Below, piece after piece: positions 38,240-47,472 of a DNA stretch of 64,000 nt. Position numbers and translations under genes: made by a program. Every line of letters starts with the position of its first letter. The stretch's first letter is position 1. The notes below the pieces were generated by a model, which was given only the letters and a program-made list of their open reading frames with translations, ran no database searches and was not told the DNA's origin. Where the stretch lies: the IMG/VR virus record IMGVR_UViG_3300036770_004723, positions 222,585 to 286,584 of that record; one strand, 5' to 3'.

Positions 38240-38926
38240 TCAAGTGTTAGTTGGTTCTGGTAAACCTAATGCAATACGGTGAATGTTACTGCGGCGAAAT
38301 GCAGTTAAGATTTCTGCTACTTCTTGGGCGTATTCACGATTACCTTTATGTCCGCCGTTGTAACTGGCAACAACTTTACGCCAAACACCTTTATGTCGTT
38401 TTTCCCAAAATTCAATTTCTAAAATAGCGTGTTTAATAGAAAAATCAAGTTCATGGATCAAACGCGCACACACTAGATTGCGATTAAATTTTGAGTCCTC
38501 AATTTTTTCACGCTGCATAACATTCACAATTTTATTATGAAAAGGGCCGCAGCTAGGATCGTTTAAATTAACTGGCCAACTACTTGCACGGCTTTCTTTC
38601 CATGCAATTGCAGTTAGTGTAAGCTGGTGTCCTGTGTGTGCAGTTGCATCATAGATCTCAAGAATTTTATCCATTTTTTCTTCCGATAAATCATTAAGAC
38701 CATATTTCTTTGCATAAGCAGTGTCACGGAAAACAAGTTCTTGCCTTACCGTATCATTAAGTTCCCCTACGTCAACCATGATTTCTGTACTATTATCCCG
38801 GATGGTTGTTAAAGTTTCGGCCATTTCAGTTACCGTATTTTGAATTGTCCAGTATTGGTAACTCATAACCATCAATAGCAAAGTTGATACAGTGGCCCAA
38901 ACTTTAACGATCATAAATTTCTTCAT
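38240..38926 (-). CDS. membrane-anchored lytic transglycosylase (SLT/lysozyme-like)
   Basis: N-terminal TM; AIAWKESR catalytic Glu, SCGPFH and VASYNGG..Y. Confidence 0.75.
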   Translation of the reverse strand: MKKFMIVKVWATVSTLLLMVMSYQYWTIQNTVTEMAETLTTIRDNSTEIMVDVGELNDTVRQELVFRDTAYAKKYGLNDLSEEKMDKILEIYDATAHTGHQLTLTAIAWKESRASSWPVNLNDPSCGPFHNKIVNVMQREKIEDSKFNRNLVCARLIHELDFSIKHAILEIEFWEKRHKGVWRKVVASYNGGHKGNREYAQEVAEILTAFRRSNIHRIALGLPEPTNT

Positions 38927-38944
38927 AAGATTCTCACATATTAT

Positions 38945-39424
38945 CTAAACAAATGGAAAGGCTTTACGTAAATCTTCTGCGTTCCAAGATACTTCACGTA
39001 AAGCAAATTCAGGTACACATAAACCTGAATCATGATAAACATAATTACCTACACACCTGAGATTTTTATTATGGTGTTTTTGCCAATACCAAATCTCTCC
39101 AACTTCTTTAAACTTCTCAATAGCTAACAATGCTACTTCTTTACTGCAAATACAATAACGATCATCATATCCATAGTCGCGTGTTGGATTCACATAAATT
39201 GCTACACGGTAAGCTAATCGCTTTACGATCAAACGTGTGTCACCAACAGTAACATCAAACAGTAGATCACCAAATGCTTTTGTAAGATCTTCTTTTTCGC
39301 TGTCAGCATTAAGTAAGGTAACTGTTTGATCAATTAAAGTTTGAGGTACAGTTAAAATAACTTCACTGCCTTTTCTTTCAAAAGGACAAGAAATTAAATC
39401 ACCTAGCAGTTTAATGTGCGTCAT
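38945..39424 (-). CDS. hypothetical protein
   Basis: ORF in - strand run. Confidence 0.75.
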   Translation of the reverse strand: MTHIKLLGDLISCPFERKGSEVILTVPQTLIDQTVTLLNADSEKEDLTKAFGDLLFDVTVGDTRLIVKRLAYRVAIYVNPTRDYGYDDRYCICSKEVALLAIEKFKEVGEIWYWQKHHNKNLRCVGNYVYHDSGLCVPEFALREVSWNAEDLRKAFPFV

Positions 39425-39433
39425 AGCTTATAC

Positions 39434-39874
39434 TCACTTTACAAGAGTTAGATTAGGTCTTTTAACTTCAGGCTGTGTTTCAGTTTCTTCGGTAGCTACC
39501 ATAATGAAAGGATTAAAAATTTCAGAATTCTGGTCAGTTAGATCTTTAATTGCTAGAATAGCTCCGATTGGTATACTAAAGTTACACTGCATTTGATCCA
39601 CACTGACAGATCCGGAGATAGATCCATCTTTAATAACGAAAACCGGACAAGCTTTTTGGCTGACATTCAACGTTAGCCTTCCTGAATCAGGATCTATTCT
39701 TGAAGCTAAAGGTCCTGAAATATTTAGGCCGTGTACATCTGCTTTTTTCGCCTGACCTTCATTCTCTATCATTACATGACAAAGAACGTCAATAAATACA
39801 CGATGTTTTGCCTTACGCAGTTCATTTAGGATATGAGTTACTGCAATGTACCTAGCTTCTTTAAAGATGTCCAT
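39434..39874 (-). CDS. sspB: SspB-like ClpXP adaptor (stringent starvation protein B homolog)
   Basis: G.LTLNVS..AC, IPIGAILAI, acidic linker and C-terminal RPNLTLVK resembling the SspB ClpX-binding tail RPALRVVK. Confidence 0.75.
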   Translation of the reverse strand: MDIFKEARYIAVTHILNELRKAKHRVFIDVLCHVMIENEGQAKKADVHGLNISGPLASRIDPDSGRLTLNVSQKACPVFVIKDGSISGSVSVDQMQCNFSIPIGAILAIKDLTDQNSEIFNPFIMVATEETETQPEVKRPNLTLVK

Positions 39875-39889
39875 GAATTACTCCAAATT

Positions 39890-39910
39890 AAAAGCCGGAA
39901 ACTAACCGGC
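39890..39910 (-). terminator. possible intrinsic terminator
   Basis: GCCGG-loop-CCGGC followed by TTTT on - strand. Confidence 0.5.
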
Positions 39911-39953
39911 GTCTTTATTAAATGATTTCAACTTATTGATTTGAGTCAAAAAC

Positions 39954-40589
39954 TTACTCTACCTGAAGTAAGAAATATTTTGAGCTAGGTAAAAAGTTGA
40001 ACCGATATACATCTGATTCTTTTTCTTTTGAGACATAGCAGCCAAGTAAAGTACTTACATAAGTATAAATACTTTTTAGGTCCAGCCCTGTTTCAGCACA
40101 AAAATCTAACCAGTCTTGAATTAAAGGTAGTGCGTACTTACCTAAGAAGTGAAGATTGTCAACGCTTTTTACAAAAATTTCTTCACGGATTGACCTGTTA
40201 ACGCTGTACAAAATATTTTCTTTTAGAGCCTTGTGTTGTTCATTAAAATCAATCAACAAAAACACGTTACCTATATCCAGCACATACATACCGCTATGTG
40301 CTTTGTTATTAGAGTAAAAGAATTTAACGCCGTAACGTTCACGGATTATGTCAGATATTTGCACATGGTCAACAACGCCGTTAACAGAACAATAGCCTAA
40401 AAGGCGATGTACAAAGTTTGTAATTGCTTGTGTAGATTCAACGTATTGTTCTGGATATGATAAACACTGCAAAATATTGTGTTTTGTTTTCCAGCCACTT
40501 ACCATTGTGTTAAGTTGTGTTAGGTCATTGCGTAATGGTTTCGGATTCGTTAAATCCAATAACTGTTTTAATGATAAACGTGTGTCCAT
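39954..40589 (-). CDS. hypothetical protein
   Basis: AGGAG RBS. Confidence 0.75.
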   Translation of the reverse strand: MDTRLSLKQLLDLTNPKPLRNDLTQLNTMVSGWKTKHNILQCLSYPEQYVESTQAITNFVHRLLGYCSVNGVVDHVQISDIIRERYGVKFFYSNNKAHSGMYVLDIGNVFLLIDFNEQHKALKENILYSVNRSIREEIFVKSVDNLHFLGKYALPLIQDWLDFCAETGLDLKSIYTYVSTLLGCYVSKEKESDVYRFNFLPSSKYFLLQVE

Positions 40590-40592
40590 ATC

Positions 40593-40907
40593 TTACTCCT
40601 TATTAAATTCTTTGGTAATAATTTCTTGTAGTTTGTACGATAAATCTAAAGCTGTTGGAAAACTTTGCTCGTTACGTTCTGCTTCCAGTTCTTCCATAAG
40701 CTTGTAGTAACTAACTTGATTATCGTATTGCTTAAGCGTTTTATCCAAAACGTTTTTAATTTCTTCGATAAAACGTTTGTTACAGGTTGATTCATATAAA
40801 ATTTCACGTTCTCTTTCACGGAATTTTCGTTCAATCTTTTCAAGACGTAAGTTAAAGTACAAATTTGATAATACAAAACAAATTAAGGCTACGGCAATAT
40901 AAATCAT
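40593..40907 (-). CDS. membrane-anchored coiled-coil protein
   Basis: N-terminal TM; AAGGAG RBS. Confidence 0.75.
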   Translation of the reverse strand: MIYIAVALICFVLSNLYFNLRLEKIERKFREREREILYESTCNKRFIEEIKNVLDKTLKQYDNQVSYYKLMEELEAERNEQSFPTALDLSYKLQEIITKEFNKE

Positions 40908-40923
40908 GAGATTCTCCTTAAGT

Positions 40924-40931
40924 ATTTACAG
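40924..40931 (-). promoter_or_regulatory. CTGTAAAT late-promoter-like motif
   Basis: AACTGTAAATAC directly upstream of RBS. Confidence 0.5.
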
Positions 40932-40997
40932 TTACCTAGATTATTTAAACAATTACCTGTATTGTGTATGCTACAAAGAACATACACTAACAAATAA

Positions 40998-42026
40998 CTA
41001 CTCTTGATAAATGCCATTTACAAATACAGCACTATCAAGCTTTTCGATTACACTGCGACGGTACTCAGTGGTCAAAACATTAAGATCCGTAAAACCGTAG
41101 GACTTAAATGTATTAGCAGAATCGAATAGTGCGATCATAACCTCTATGCTTGCACTCAAGTTAGTTTCAACTTCCGTTTTATCCTCTGCTGTAATTCGGA
41201 ATATAATACGACTATTTTTTTCAACAGAGCCGTAAAGTGCCACGTTTTTATTTTTAACGTGTTCCATGTTTTTAGCATTGGTAAAAGAGTATGAATTACG
41301 CAACTTCGACTCAATCATCCGGAGATCAAATAAGTCAAGTACGGTATCTTCAAACTTTTTACCGTTGAATTCCATTAATGTTAAACCTTTTAACTTCAAA
41401 CAGGTTTCCAGTAATGTGCAAAGTGTATCGAATTCGCTTTCGTTCAAAGTGTTATATGTGATCACATTACTTTTGGTTTCAATAGAGGCCAAAGTAGATA
41501 CATCTGACATATTTTCAAACAGCAAATTGATAAATCCAGAAGCATCAGTTAAAATATTACTATTTCTATGACTTCCATCTAAAGCGTTTGTTATGGATTC
41601 CAAAACTTCGTTACGTTGGATATTAATGCTTGCGTACAAGCTGTCTTGCATTTCATAAAGTAATGCAGCCCAAACTTCTAATACAGGATCATCGGCACCT
41701 ACCGCCAAAAATTCAGAAAAAGAATTGTCATTTTGGTCTAGCTCAGGAATTCGACCTGAGTGTAGTAAGTGTTGAGATCTTGAACAACATTCTTCAATAA
41801 AGAAGTAGGCTAAGGCTTTACATCTCCGATAAAGCAGTGGAGTATTTGCAACTACCATTGCATCATATCCAACTTCAGTTGAAAGAAGCTGCGCCATAAC
41901 ATACGCAAGATCGTTCTCTAGTTTACGAAAGTCGTCTTTAGCCAAAAGATTTTCTTCTGAGGCAGAAACAACTGGAACAAACATATTCCAAGCACGTTGC
42001 ATAATATTACTTGCTGTTAATCGCAT
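40998..42026 (-). CDS. hypothetical protein
   Basis: 342-aa ORF, AAGGA RBS. Confidence 0.8.
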   Translation of the reverse strand: MRLTASNIMQRAWNMFVPVVSASEENLLAKDDFRKLENDLAYVMAQLLSTEVGYDAMVVANTPLLYRRCKALAYFFIEECCSRSQHLLHSGRIPELDQNDNSFSEFLAVGADDPVLEVWAALLYEMQDSLYASINIQRNEVLESITNALDGSHRNSNILTDASGFINLLFENMSDVSTLASIETKSNVITYNTLNESEFDTLCTLLETCLKLKGLTLMEFNGKKFEDTVLDLFDLRMIESKLRNSYSFTNAKNMEHVKNKNVALYGSVEKNSRIIFRITAEDKTEVETNLSASIEVMIALFDSANTFKSYGFTDLNVLTTEYRRSVIEKLDSAVFVNGIYQE

Positions 42027-42057
42027 AAAAGCTGTCCTTAAAGTTTATCGGATAAAT

Positions 42058-42855
42058 TTATTCTATTTTATTCAATAGAACACAGATTTCATTAAACTGA
42101 TCTGATTGATCTCGGCGAATCTGCATGTCCACCAATAGCTGTCTAATCTGATCGACGTTTTCTTTATTCTTATTAATGGATTCACTGCTTTTGCTTTTGG
42201 TAATAGGTGTCTTATGAACAGCATCTTTAAACAGTATATCAATTTCAGGCTGCTTGAGTTTCTGGATAAGCATAATTCTACTACTATCAATACCTAAATC
42301 AAGTAACTGTTGTTTTGTATAGATTTTTGTTTTAGCCTCGACAGTAAAATCGTCAATAGCATAATCCAATCCAAGATCCACACTTCTAACAAAAGAAAGT
42401 TTGTGTGCCCACATAACTGTACGTTCCTTTAGATCTATATAAAGATCTTTAGTGAAAGTACTCATGTATGAACCTAATCTAGTTTCATTCACACAGTATA
42501 GTGTGGAGTTAAAGCAAAAGTAAAGACTTTCTTCAGGCATGGGTTTGCCGTTTTTAAACGCAATAAAAGTTCCGGCATCCGTTTTCACAGCAAATTCATT
42601 CACTAAAAATAAATCCGTACTTTTTGCTACAGAATCACAATATTCTGTGCCTTCAGCGAAATAAGGTTTGGCTATACGAAAACGATTTAACTCAGGTGAC
42701 TTCAAACGTTTACGTTCATAAAGACTTGCATTAAGATGCGTAGAATCTTTGACTTCACTTACTACCGCGATAAAGTTCTTATCGCGTGTAACAATAAGAT
42801 ACTTATTTGACAAAGCTTTTTCGCGATCAAATTCCATAAGATGTGTAATAAACAT
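42058..42855 (-). CDS. hypothetical protein with shared C-terminal DQI..DQS motif
   Basis: ORF track 42058..42918; AAGGA RBS favours start 42855. Confidence 0.75.
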   Translation of the reverse strand: MFITHLMEFDREKALSNKYLIVTRDKNFIAVVSEVKDSTHLNASLYERKRLKSPELNRFRIAKPYFAEGTEYCDSVAKSTDLFLVNEFAVKTDAGTFIAFKNGKPMPEESLYFCFNSTLYCVNETRLGSYMSTFTKDLYIDLKERTVMWAHKLSFVRSVDLGLDYAIDDFTVEAKTKIYTKQQLLDLGIDSSRIMLIQKLKQPEIDILFKDAVHKTPITKSKSSESINKNKENVDQIRQLLVDMQIRRDQSDQFNEICVLLNKIE

Positions 42856-42856
42856 T

Positions 42857-43198
42857 TTAATTTCCTTTGCAGATAAAGGCAGGAACAGAATAAATTTGAC
42901 CATCAACCCGTACAACATCTTTGTGTCCAGATGCAGGCGCTACCAAATCTTTTCTATCAGGTAATGCGTCCAATACAATTGCACTTACAATCAAAAGCGT
43001 TTCAGGTTCTGGATCAGGCAAACCAGTTACAGTACCATACTTGATTGTATGCAATGGAATACCTAAAACCTCGCCGTGGTATAAATGGTCAGAAGTAACA
43101 CGGGCAATTCCAGAAGATTTAAATTCCAAGATCTGGATTTGACCGGCATTAAGTAATTGAATACGTACAGTATGCGGAGTAAAATTCAGGATTTTCAT
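42857..43198 (-). CDS. conserved-type phage hypothetical protein
   Basis: NFTPH..SG.ARV..GLP.P..IVS..R.DL..P motif pattern common in phages. Confidence 0.8.
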   Translation of the reverse strand: MKILNFTPHTVRIQLLNAGQIQILEFKSSGIARVTSDHLYHGEVLGIPLHTIKYGTVTGLPDPEPETLLIVSAIVLDALPDRKDLVAPASGHKDVVRVDGQIYSVPAFICKGN

Positions 43199-44094
43199 AG
43201 GTGTTCCTTTGAATGTTTCTGTTCTTGATCTTTGTAATAAGGCACTACAACTTCCAACAACTTTTTATAGTTTACTGTACTGTTGATGACTAACGGGTTG
43301 ATAAATTTTGTTAAAGCATTTGGATTTTTCAGACCTTGAATTTGTCGGATCAACTCGTGATAATTTGCTTCCTCTACCGTATGACTTATAAGTGTCCAAC
43401 TTCGGATAAGTCCCTCAAGGTAGTCAAGTTCACGATAATTATGAACTTTAATTACTTCTTTTTCGTAATCTTCAAAACCTTCTAAAGTCCATTTATCTAT
43501 CAATGCGCAGAATTGCGTTTTTACTAAAGATTCTTCAAACTTTTGATCCGCGTACCTGCCTTCAAAAGCCTTAAAGTCTTTGGAAAAGACTGACGTTGCT
43601 TGTAACACAAATTCATGAGCATGTTGGTAATATGAGCGCATGATCTCACCCGGTGTTGCAATAGCTGTTACTATAGCATTGGCAGCGTGAAAAGGTGCAA
43701 GATAATAGCACATTAAAGGACTTTTTTCTTCTTCCAGTTTTTTAATCTCAAGTCTTGCTATACTGGCTTTAAGAATAAGATCGCGATCTTTTTTGCCTGA
43801 TCTGTAATTGGCAATCAATTCACGAAAAATACTAAACTGCGGGTAATAATGTTCTACTATAGGTAAAACACGCTCGGCTAAATTCACAGATAACTCACGC
43901 AACTGATCTTCCATGAATGAAGGAAAACAATCTTGTGAAGTTATGTAATACAACGGAATTGCAATTCTGTCATACGACTTACACCACACAGCTAAAGGCA
44001 CGTTAGCACTCGCACCAAACAAGTGTATAAAATGTTGCTGTTCTTTATTATCCAGTTTTGCATTTAAAATACTTTTAAGAGTAACTGTTTTCAT
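43195..44094 (-). CDS. hypothetical protein, possible Imm5-like helical domain
   Basis: LAERVLPIVE..YP; start moved to 44094 (AAGGA RBS after terminator). Confidence 0.7.
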   Translation of the reverse strand: MKTVTLKSILNAKLDNKEQQHFIHLFGASANVPLAVWCKSYDRIAIPLYYITSQDCFPSFMEDQLRELSVNLAERVLPIVEHYYPQFSIFRELIANYRSGKKDRDLILKASIARLEIKKLEEEKSPLMCYYLAPFHAANAIVTAIATPGEIMRSYYQHAHEFVLQATSVFSKDFKAFEGRYADQKFEESLVKTQFCALIDKWTLEGFEDYEKEVIKVHNYRELDYLEGLIRSWTLISHTVEEANYHELIRQIQGLKNPNALTKFINPLVINSTVNYKKLLEVVVPYYKDQEQKHSKEHL

Positions 44095-44107
44095 AAGATT
44101 TTCCTTT

Positions 44108-44137
44108 AAAAAGAAGGTACGTAAATACGTACCTTCT
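44108..44137 (-). terminator. intrinsic terminator
   Basis: AGAAGGTACGTA-TT-TACGTACCTTCT followed by T-run. Confidence 0.75.
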
Positions 44138-44143
44138 ACCAAT

Positions 44144-44263
44144 TTATTTTTTACCTTTAGATTTTTCACGTTCAACTTGCTTACGGCCATCGCGTATTGT
44201 CAGTGCTATACCTACCACACATACCATAGCAAGAACTATAACCACTATTTCAAATGTACTCAT
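44144..44263 (-). CDS. 39-aa single-TM membrane protein
   Basis: AAGGAG RBS; MSTFEIVVIVLAMVCVVGIALTIRDGRKQVEREKSKGKK*. Confidence 0.75.
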   Translation of the reverse strand: MSTFEIVVIVLAMVCVVGIALTIRDGRKQVEREKSKGKK

Positions 44264-44287
44264 AACAATCTCCTTTAAATTGAGATC

Positions 44288-44345
44288 ATTATACTAAAAA
44301 TTTAGGTAGCTGTAAATGGATGTTCTTGACACACCTAGATCAGTT
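44288..44345 (-). promoter_or_regulatory. boxed sigma70-like early promoter
   Basis: AACTGATCTAGGTGTGTCAA-9-TTTACA-17-TATAAT. Confidence 0.85.
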
Positions 44346-44358
44346 CGTTTAATGGTAA

Positions 44359-44393
44359 TAATTATAGGTACTGATTATAAGTACCTATAATTA
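44359..44393. repeat. 14-bp perfect inverted repeat (hairpin)
   Basis: taattataggtact-gattata-agtacctataatta upstream of the promoter box. Confidence 0.75.
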
Positions 44394-44499
44394 AATCACT
44401 AATTCTTTTCTTTAACAGGCTTTACTTGTTTTTTAACAACAAACACTGCGGATAAAGGGATTACTTTTTTAGATAACTGCAAAACAATATTTCCTGATC

Positions 44500-45132
44500 T
44501 CAAAATTGTCTGGATTTTAAACTGGTTATAAACTTATCGAATAGAGCATAAAGGCTGTTATCATGATCCGGCTTTTTTCTATTTGTAACAAAGCGCAGTT
44601 CAATAGATTCTGTACCTTCTTCGATTTCTTCTTTCAGTTCGAAATTGGATACAAAGGTAGGCACTTCATTATCAATTTTTTGAGATACGCAGTAATCACC
44701 TAATACATTAGCCAAAAAGATTGTATTGTAGTTGGCGTAGTGTATTTTATTCAAAACAAACTCTTTTAAATCTGGCTTATCTGTCAGTATTTCCAAAGTA
44801 CGGACAAAACAACCAAAATAATAAAGGGCTTCAGACCTGTTATATGTATCGAACTCAATGGAAATTTCTTTTTCTTTTCTAAAAGCAAGGTCCCCATTAA
44901 GTTCGATCTTCAATAAGTCTTTTACTTGATGTACATCTAATCGCGTAAATGCAGATCCATCAGGCGTCATTGAGTATGACGCCACCACTACCTGCTGCAT
45001 CATTAATAAAATATTAATGTATTGTTGTCTTTCATTCGAAATAACTTTCAGATCTAACATACTATAATCCTCGTTAAAAGTTTTCCACAAATTTAAGTTC
45101 TTTTCGTTCTTTTCTTTTAGGTTTGGTATCAA
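44500..45132 (-). CDS. hypothetical protein
   Basis: ORF in - strand run; start uncertain. Confidence 0.7.
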   Translation of the reverse strand: MIPNLKEKNEKNLNLWKTFNEDYSMLDLKVISNERQQYINILLMMQQVVVASYSMTPDGSAFTRLDVHQVKDLLKIELNGDLAFRKEKEISIEFDTYNRSEALYYFGCFVRTLEILTDKPDLKEFVLNKIHYANYNTIFLANVLGDYCVSQKIDNEVPTFVSNFELKEEIEEGTESIELRFVTNRKKPDHDNSLYALFDKFITSLKSRQF

Positions 45133-45727
45133 ATACGTAGAACATTACCCAAGTACAGACAAACGGTACACTACCGTAAACCGAAATATCTAGTGACATC
45201 ATAATGAAAGTTATGGCTACCAGAAAAGCTAATGGGATACGTGATTCAGATTTCAAATGAATTGTTTGCATCAAAAAATTTATAGCATTATCCACACTAC
45301 AATTGTTTACATTAGTCAGTATAGCTGAAACCGCAAACGTGGCAGTAAATACAAAACTTAAAGCAATATTTAACAGATTACTCATTGAATCAACGGCTAG
45401 CACCGCATAAGGTGATATATTATATTCTCTATCAGGTAAATAAAGTGATATACCATAAACGATTAATAATATAACCATCAGTAACACAATTACAGGGCCA
45501 ATTAAGCCTAATGTATAGAATAATAATGTCTTAAAGCTCTCTTTATCAAACGAGTTAAAAAACATTAATTGAAAGCAAAGGCATGGCACTAAATAGTAAA
45601 ATATTAAAGTCAGATCTTCATGGCCTGCCACTATTAAAAGCAATATTAATAGTGACCGCTTAAAACTTTTAAAAACGTTCTTGAAGGTACATCGAATAAG
45701 ATCCCAAATTTCTCGTAGGTTTTCCAT
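45074..45727 (-). CDS. multi-pass membrane protein
   Basis: Five to six hydrophobic segments. Confidence 0.75.
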   Translation of the reverse strand: MENLREIWDLIRCTFKNVFKSFKRSLLILLLIVAGHEDLTLIFYYLVPCLCFQLMFFNSFDKESFKTLLFYTLGLIGPVIVLLMVILLIVYGISLYLPDREYNISPYAVLAVDSMSNLLNIALSFVFTATFAVSAILTNVNNCSVDNAINFLMQTIHLKSESRIPLAFLVAITFIMMSLDISVYGSVPFVCTWVMFYVFDTKPKRKERKELKFVENF

Positions 45728-45741
45728 TTTTCATTTTTCCC

Positions 45742-45960
45742 TCAAACAGGTCTCAGGTAAGTAAACGTTGGATGTTCTCCGGCTCTGTCACCAACGGCTT
45801 TAGTTGGCTCAAGATTACTTAACTTACTTAAAGTTTTAAGGTACTCACGATCATTATATTCACAATGCACAAGCAAGTCACCTTGAATTAAGGTCTCAGT
45901 ACTTTCTACAAAACGTACCTTCTTTTTAAGGCCGTTGATTTTCATTTTAAATTCTGACAT
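45742..45960 (-). CDS. hypothetical protein
   Basis: GAGGA RBS. Confidence 0.7.
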   Translation of the reverse strand: MSEFKMKINGLKKKVRFVESTETLIQGDLLVHCEYNDREYLKTLSKLSNLEPTKAVGDRAGEHPTFTYLRPV

Positions 45961-45963
45961 AGC

Positions 45964-46152
45964 TTAATCCTCTACTTTAGTCAAAAACATTATTTTTGTT
46001 TGCCCTACTGTCAAGGATTTACCTTGCTGTAATTTAGATAGTTCTCGTTTCGCTGCATCACTTAATCGAAACTTTTTAATCACTTCGCTGCGCGTCATTG
46101 TTGTTGAAGTGTAAGGAGTACAGATTTTAAACACATCGTTAAGTACTGTCAT
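45964..46152 (-). CDS. small hypothetical protein (family with 56385..56603)
   Basis: ELSKLQQGKSLTV resembles QISDLQVGQTLSL. Confidence 0.65.
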   Translation of the reverse strand: MTVLNDVFKICTPYTSTTMTRSEVIKKFRLSDAAKRELSKLQQGKSLTVGQTKIMFLTKVED

Positions 46153-46433
46153 TTACGGTATTCCTTTGCCAGATCTGCAATAAGTTTTTCAATTTGGGCA
46201 TTTAACGCATTTATCTTTGTTGTGGTTGAGGCCAGAGAATTTGAAATCGAGTCAATACGTTTTGAATCAAGATCCAGATCTAATTGATCTGAACGGGCTT
46301 TGATTCTTTGATTTAATTGCTTTTTCAATTCTCGGGCACTTATTCCTTTAGCGCCCTTTTCTGTACTGACTAAGTTATTAACAAAGTAAATATCTTCCAG
46401 TGCAAGTACGTGAGTGTAATCTTTTGCTTTCAT
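46149..46433 (-). CDS. coiled-coil hypothetical protein
   Basis: ATGA-coupled. Confidence 0.7.
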   Translation of the reverse strand: MKAKDYTHVLALEDIYFVNNLVSTEKGAKGISARELKKQLNQRIKARSDQLDLDLDSKRIDSISNSLASTTTKINALNAQIEKLIADLAKEYRK

Positions 46434-46642
46434 TGCGGTTTTCCTTGATCTTTTAATCGACGTTTTGCGACATTGATCTCAATCATAATCTTTTCGTTTA
46501 CAGGACGTTTAGGGTAATCCATTATAAAAATACCTTGATCTGAGATCGTCGCGTGCTGAGATTTAGTACCTAGTGAAACTGTTACCGGAAATTTTTTACA
46601 GTGTTCACGTATTTCAGTATAAAGTTTATCGATCTTACTCAT
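46430..46642 (-). CDS. hypothetical protein
   Basis: ATGA-coupled. Confidence 0.7.
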   Translation of the reverse strand: MSKIDKLYTEIREHCKKFPVTVSLGTKSQHATISDQGIFIMDYPKRPVNEKIMIEINVAKRRLKDQGKPQ

Positions 46643-46971
46643 TTGGTTTCTTCCTCTGCGTTTTCAACCAATTTCAAACAACTAGGTTCATACTCAAACA
46701 GCATACCTAATGCAGAATGTTCTGTACGTGTATCTACTGTGATACGTACCTTGTAAGGATAACGGCCTCCATTATAGATACCGCGATCTGCTTCATTTAA
46801 TTTTTCAAGAACTCCGTACATATTCGTTCCGGCAATTTGAACTGTTTTTCCTTTGTTTTGCTCAAACCAGTTTCGATGTTCGTCTGTTGGCCCACCTTCA
46901 TACCGGATAAATTGTTCTTGTACTGCACGAGGCATACCAAGGATCAAACTGGCTGTAGTAGAATCAATCAT
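46639..46971 (-). CDS. hypothetical protein (SH3-like pattern)
   Basis: ATGA-coupled; GKTV.I..G..YPYKV..YEP..L. Confidence 0.7.
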   Translation of the reverse strand: MIDSTTASLILGMPRAVQEQFIRYEGGPTDEHRNWFEQNKGKTVQIAGTNMYGVLEKLNEADRGIYNGGRYPYKVRITVDTRTEHSALGMLFEYEPSCLKLVENAEEETK

Positions 46972-47462
46972 TTGTTTATTCCTTCTATTGCGGTCAAAAG
47001 TTCACGGATTTGACTTAATTCGGTAGATTGGTCTGTTGGTACTTGCAAAATTTGAAGTTTATTTTCGATTTGGTCTGTTAGTTCTGCTGTTACCTCAGAC
47101 CGTTCTTTGCCGTAACTTTCCAGTAATTCAAGGCCGTAGTATTTACCTACTGTAAAAAATAGTTCTTCTTCTTTAATGTCCCGTACAACATTTTTACGTA
47201 CATCTTTTAAGATCTTGTACGTACACTGTTCTTCTATATGTGAAAGTACAAGATCTGCCTGATACATAAGTTTTGGATTTTCAAAACTTTTTACATCTGA
47301 ACATTTAGTGGTTACTATTACTACTTCAATGTCGGTTGATACAGTACTAAAGTCAGAACGTTCCAAAAATCTAACAGAATAAATCTTTGCAAGTTTTTGA
47401 CTTAAAGCCGCAATATTATCATTTGCTGCTGGCGATTCGGGAAAAATTAAAAGAATTTTCAT
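46968..47462 (-). CDS. hypothetical protein with shared C-terminal DQI..DQS motif
   Basis: ORF track 46968..47552; AGGAG RBS favours start 47462. Confidence 0.7.
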   Translation of the reverse strand: MKILLIFPESPAANDNIAALSQKLAKIYSVRFLERSDFSTVSTDIEVVIVTTKCSDVKSFENPKLMYQADLVLSHIEEQCTYKILKDVRKNVVRDIKEEELFFTVGKYYGLELLESYGKERSEVTAELTDQIENKLQILQVPTDQSTELSQIRELLTAIEGINK

Positions 47463-47472
47463 TTGCTTACTC

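Noticed and set aside
44095-44190. N-terminal extension of ORF 43195..44190
   Set aside because: Runs through a terminator hairpin and overlaps the 39-aa TM gene; better RBS at 44094
44326-44350. TTGACA at the box edge as the -35 of a + strand antisense promoter
   Set aside because: No consistent -10 hexamer 16-18 nt downstream on the + strand across copies
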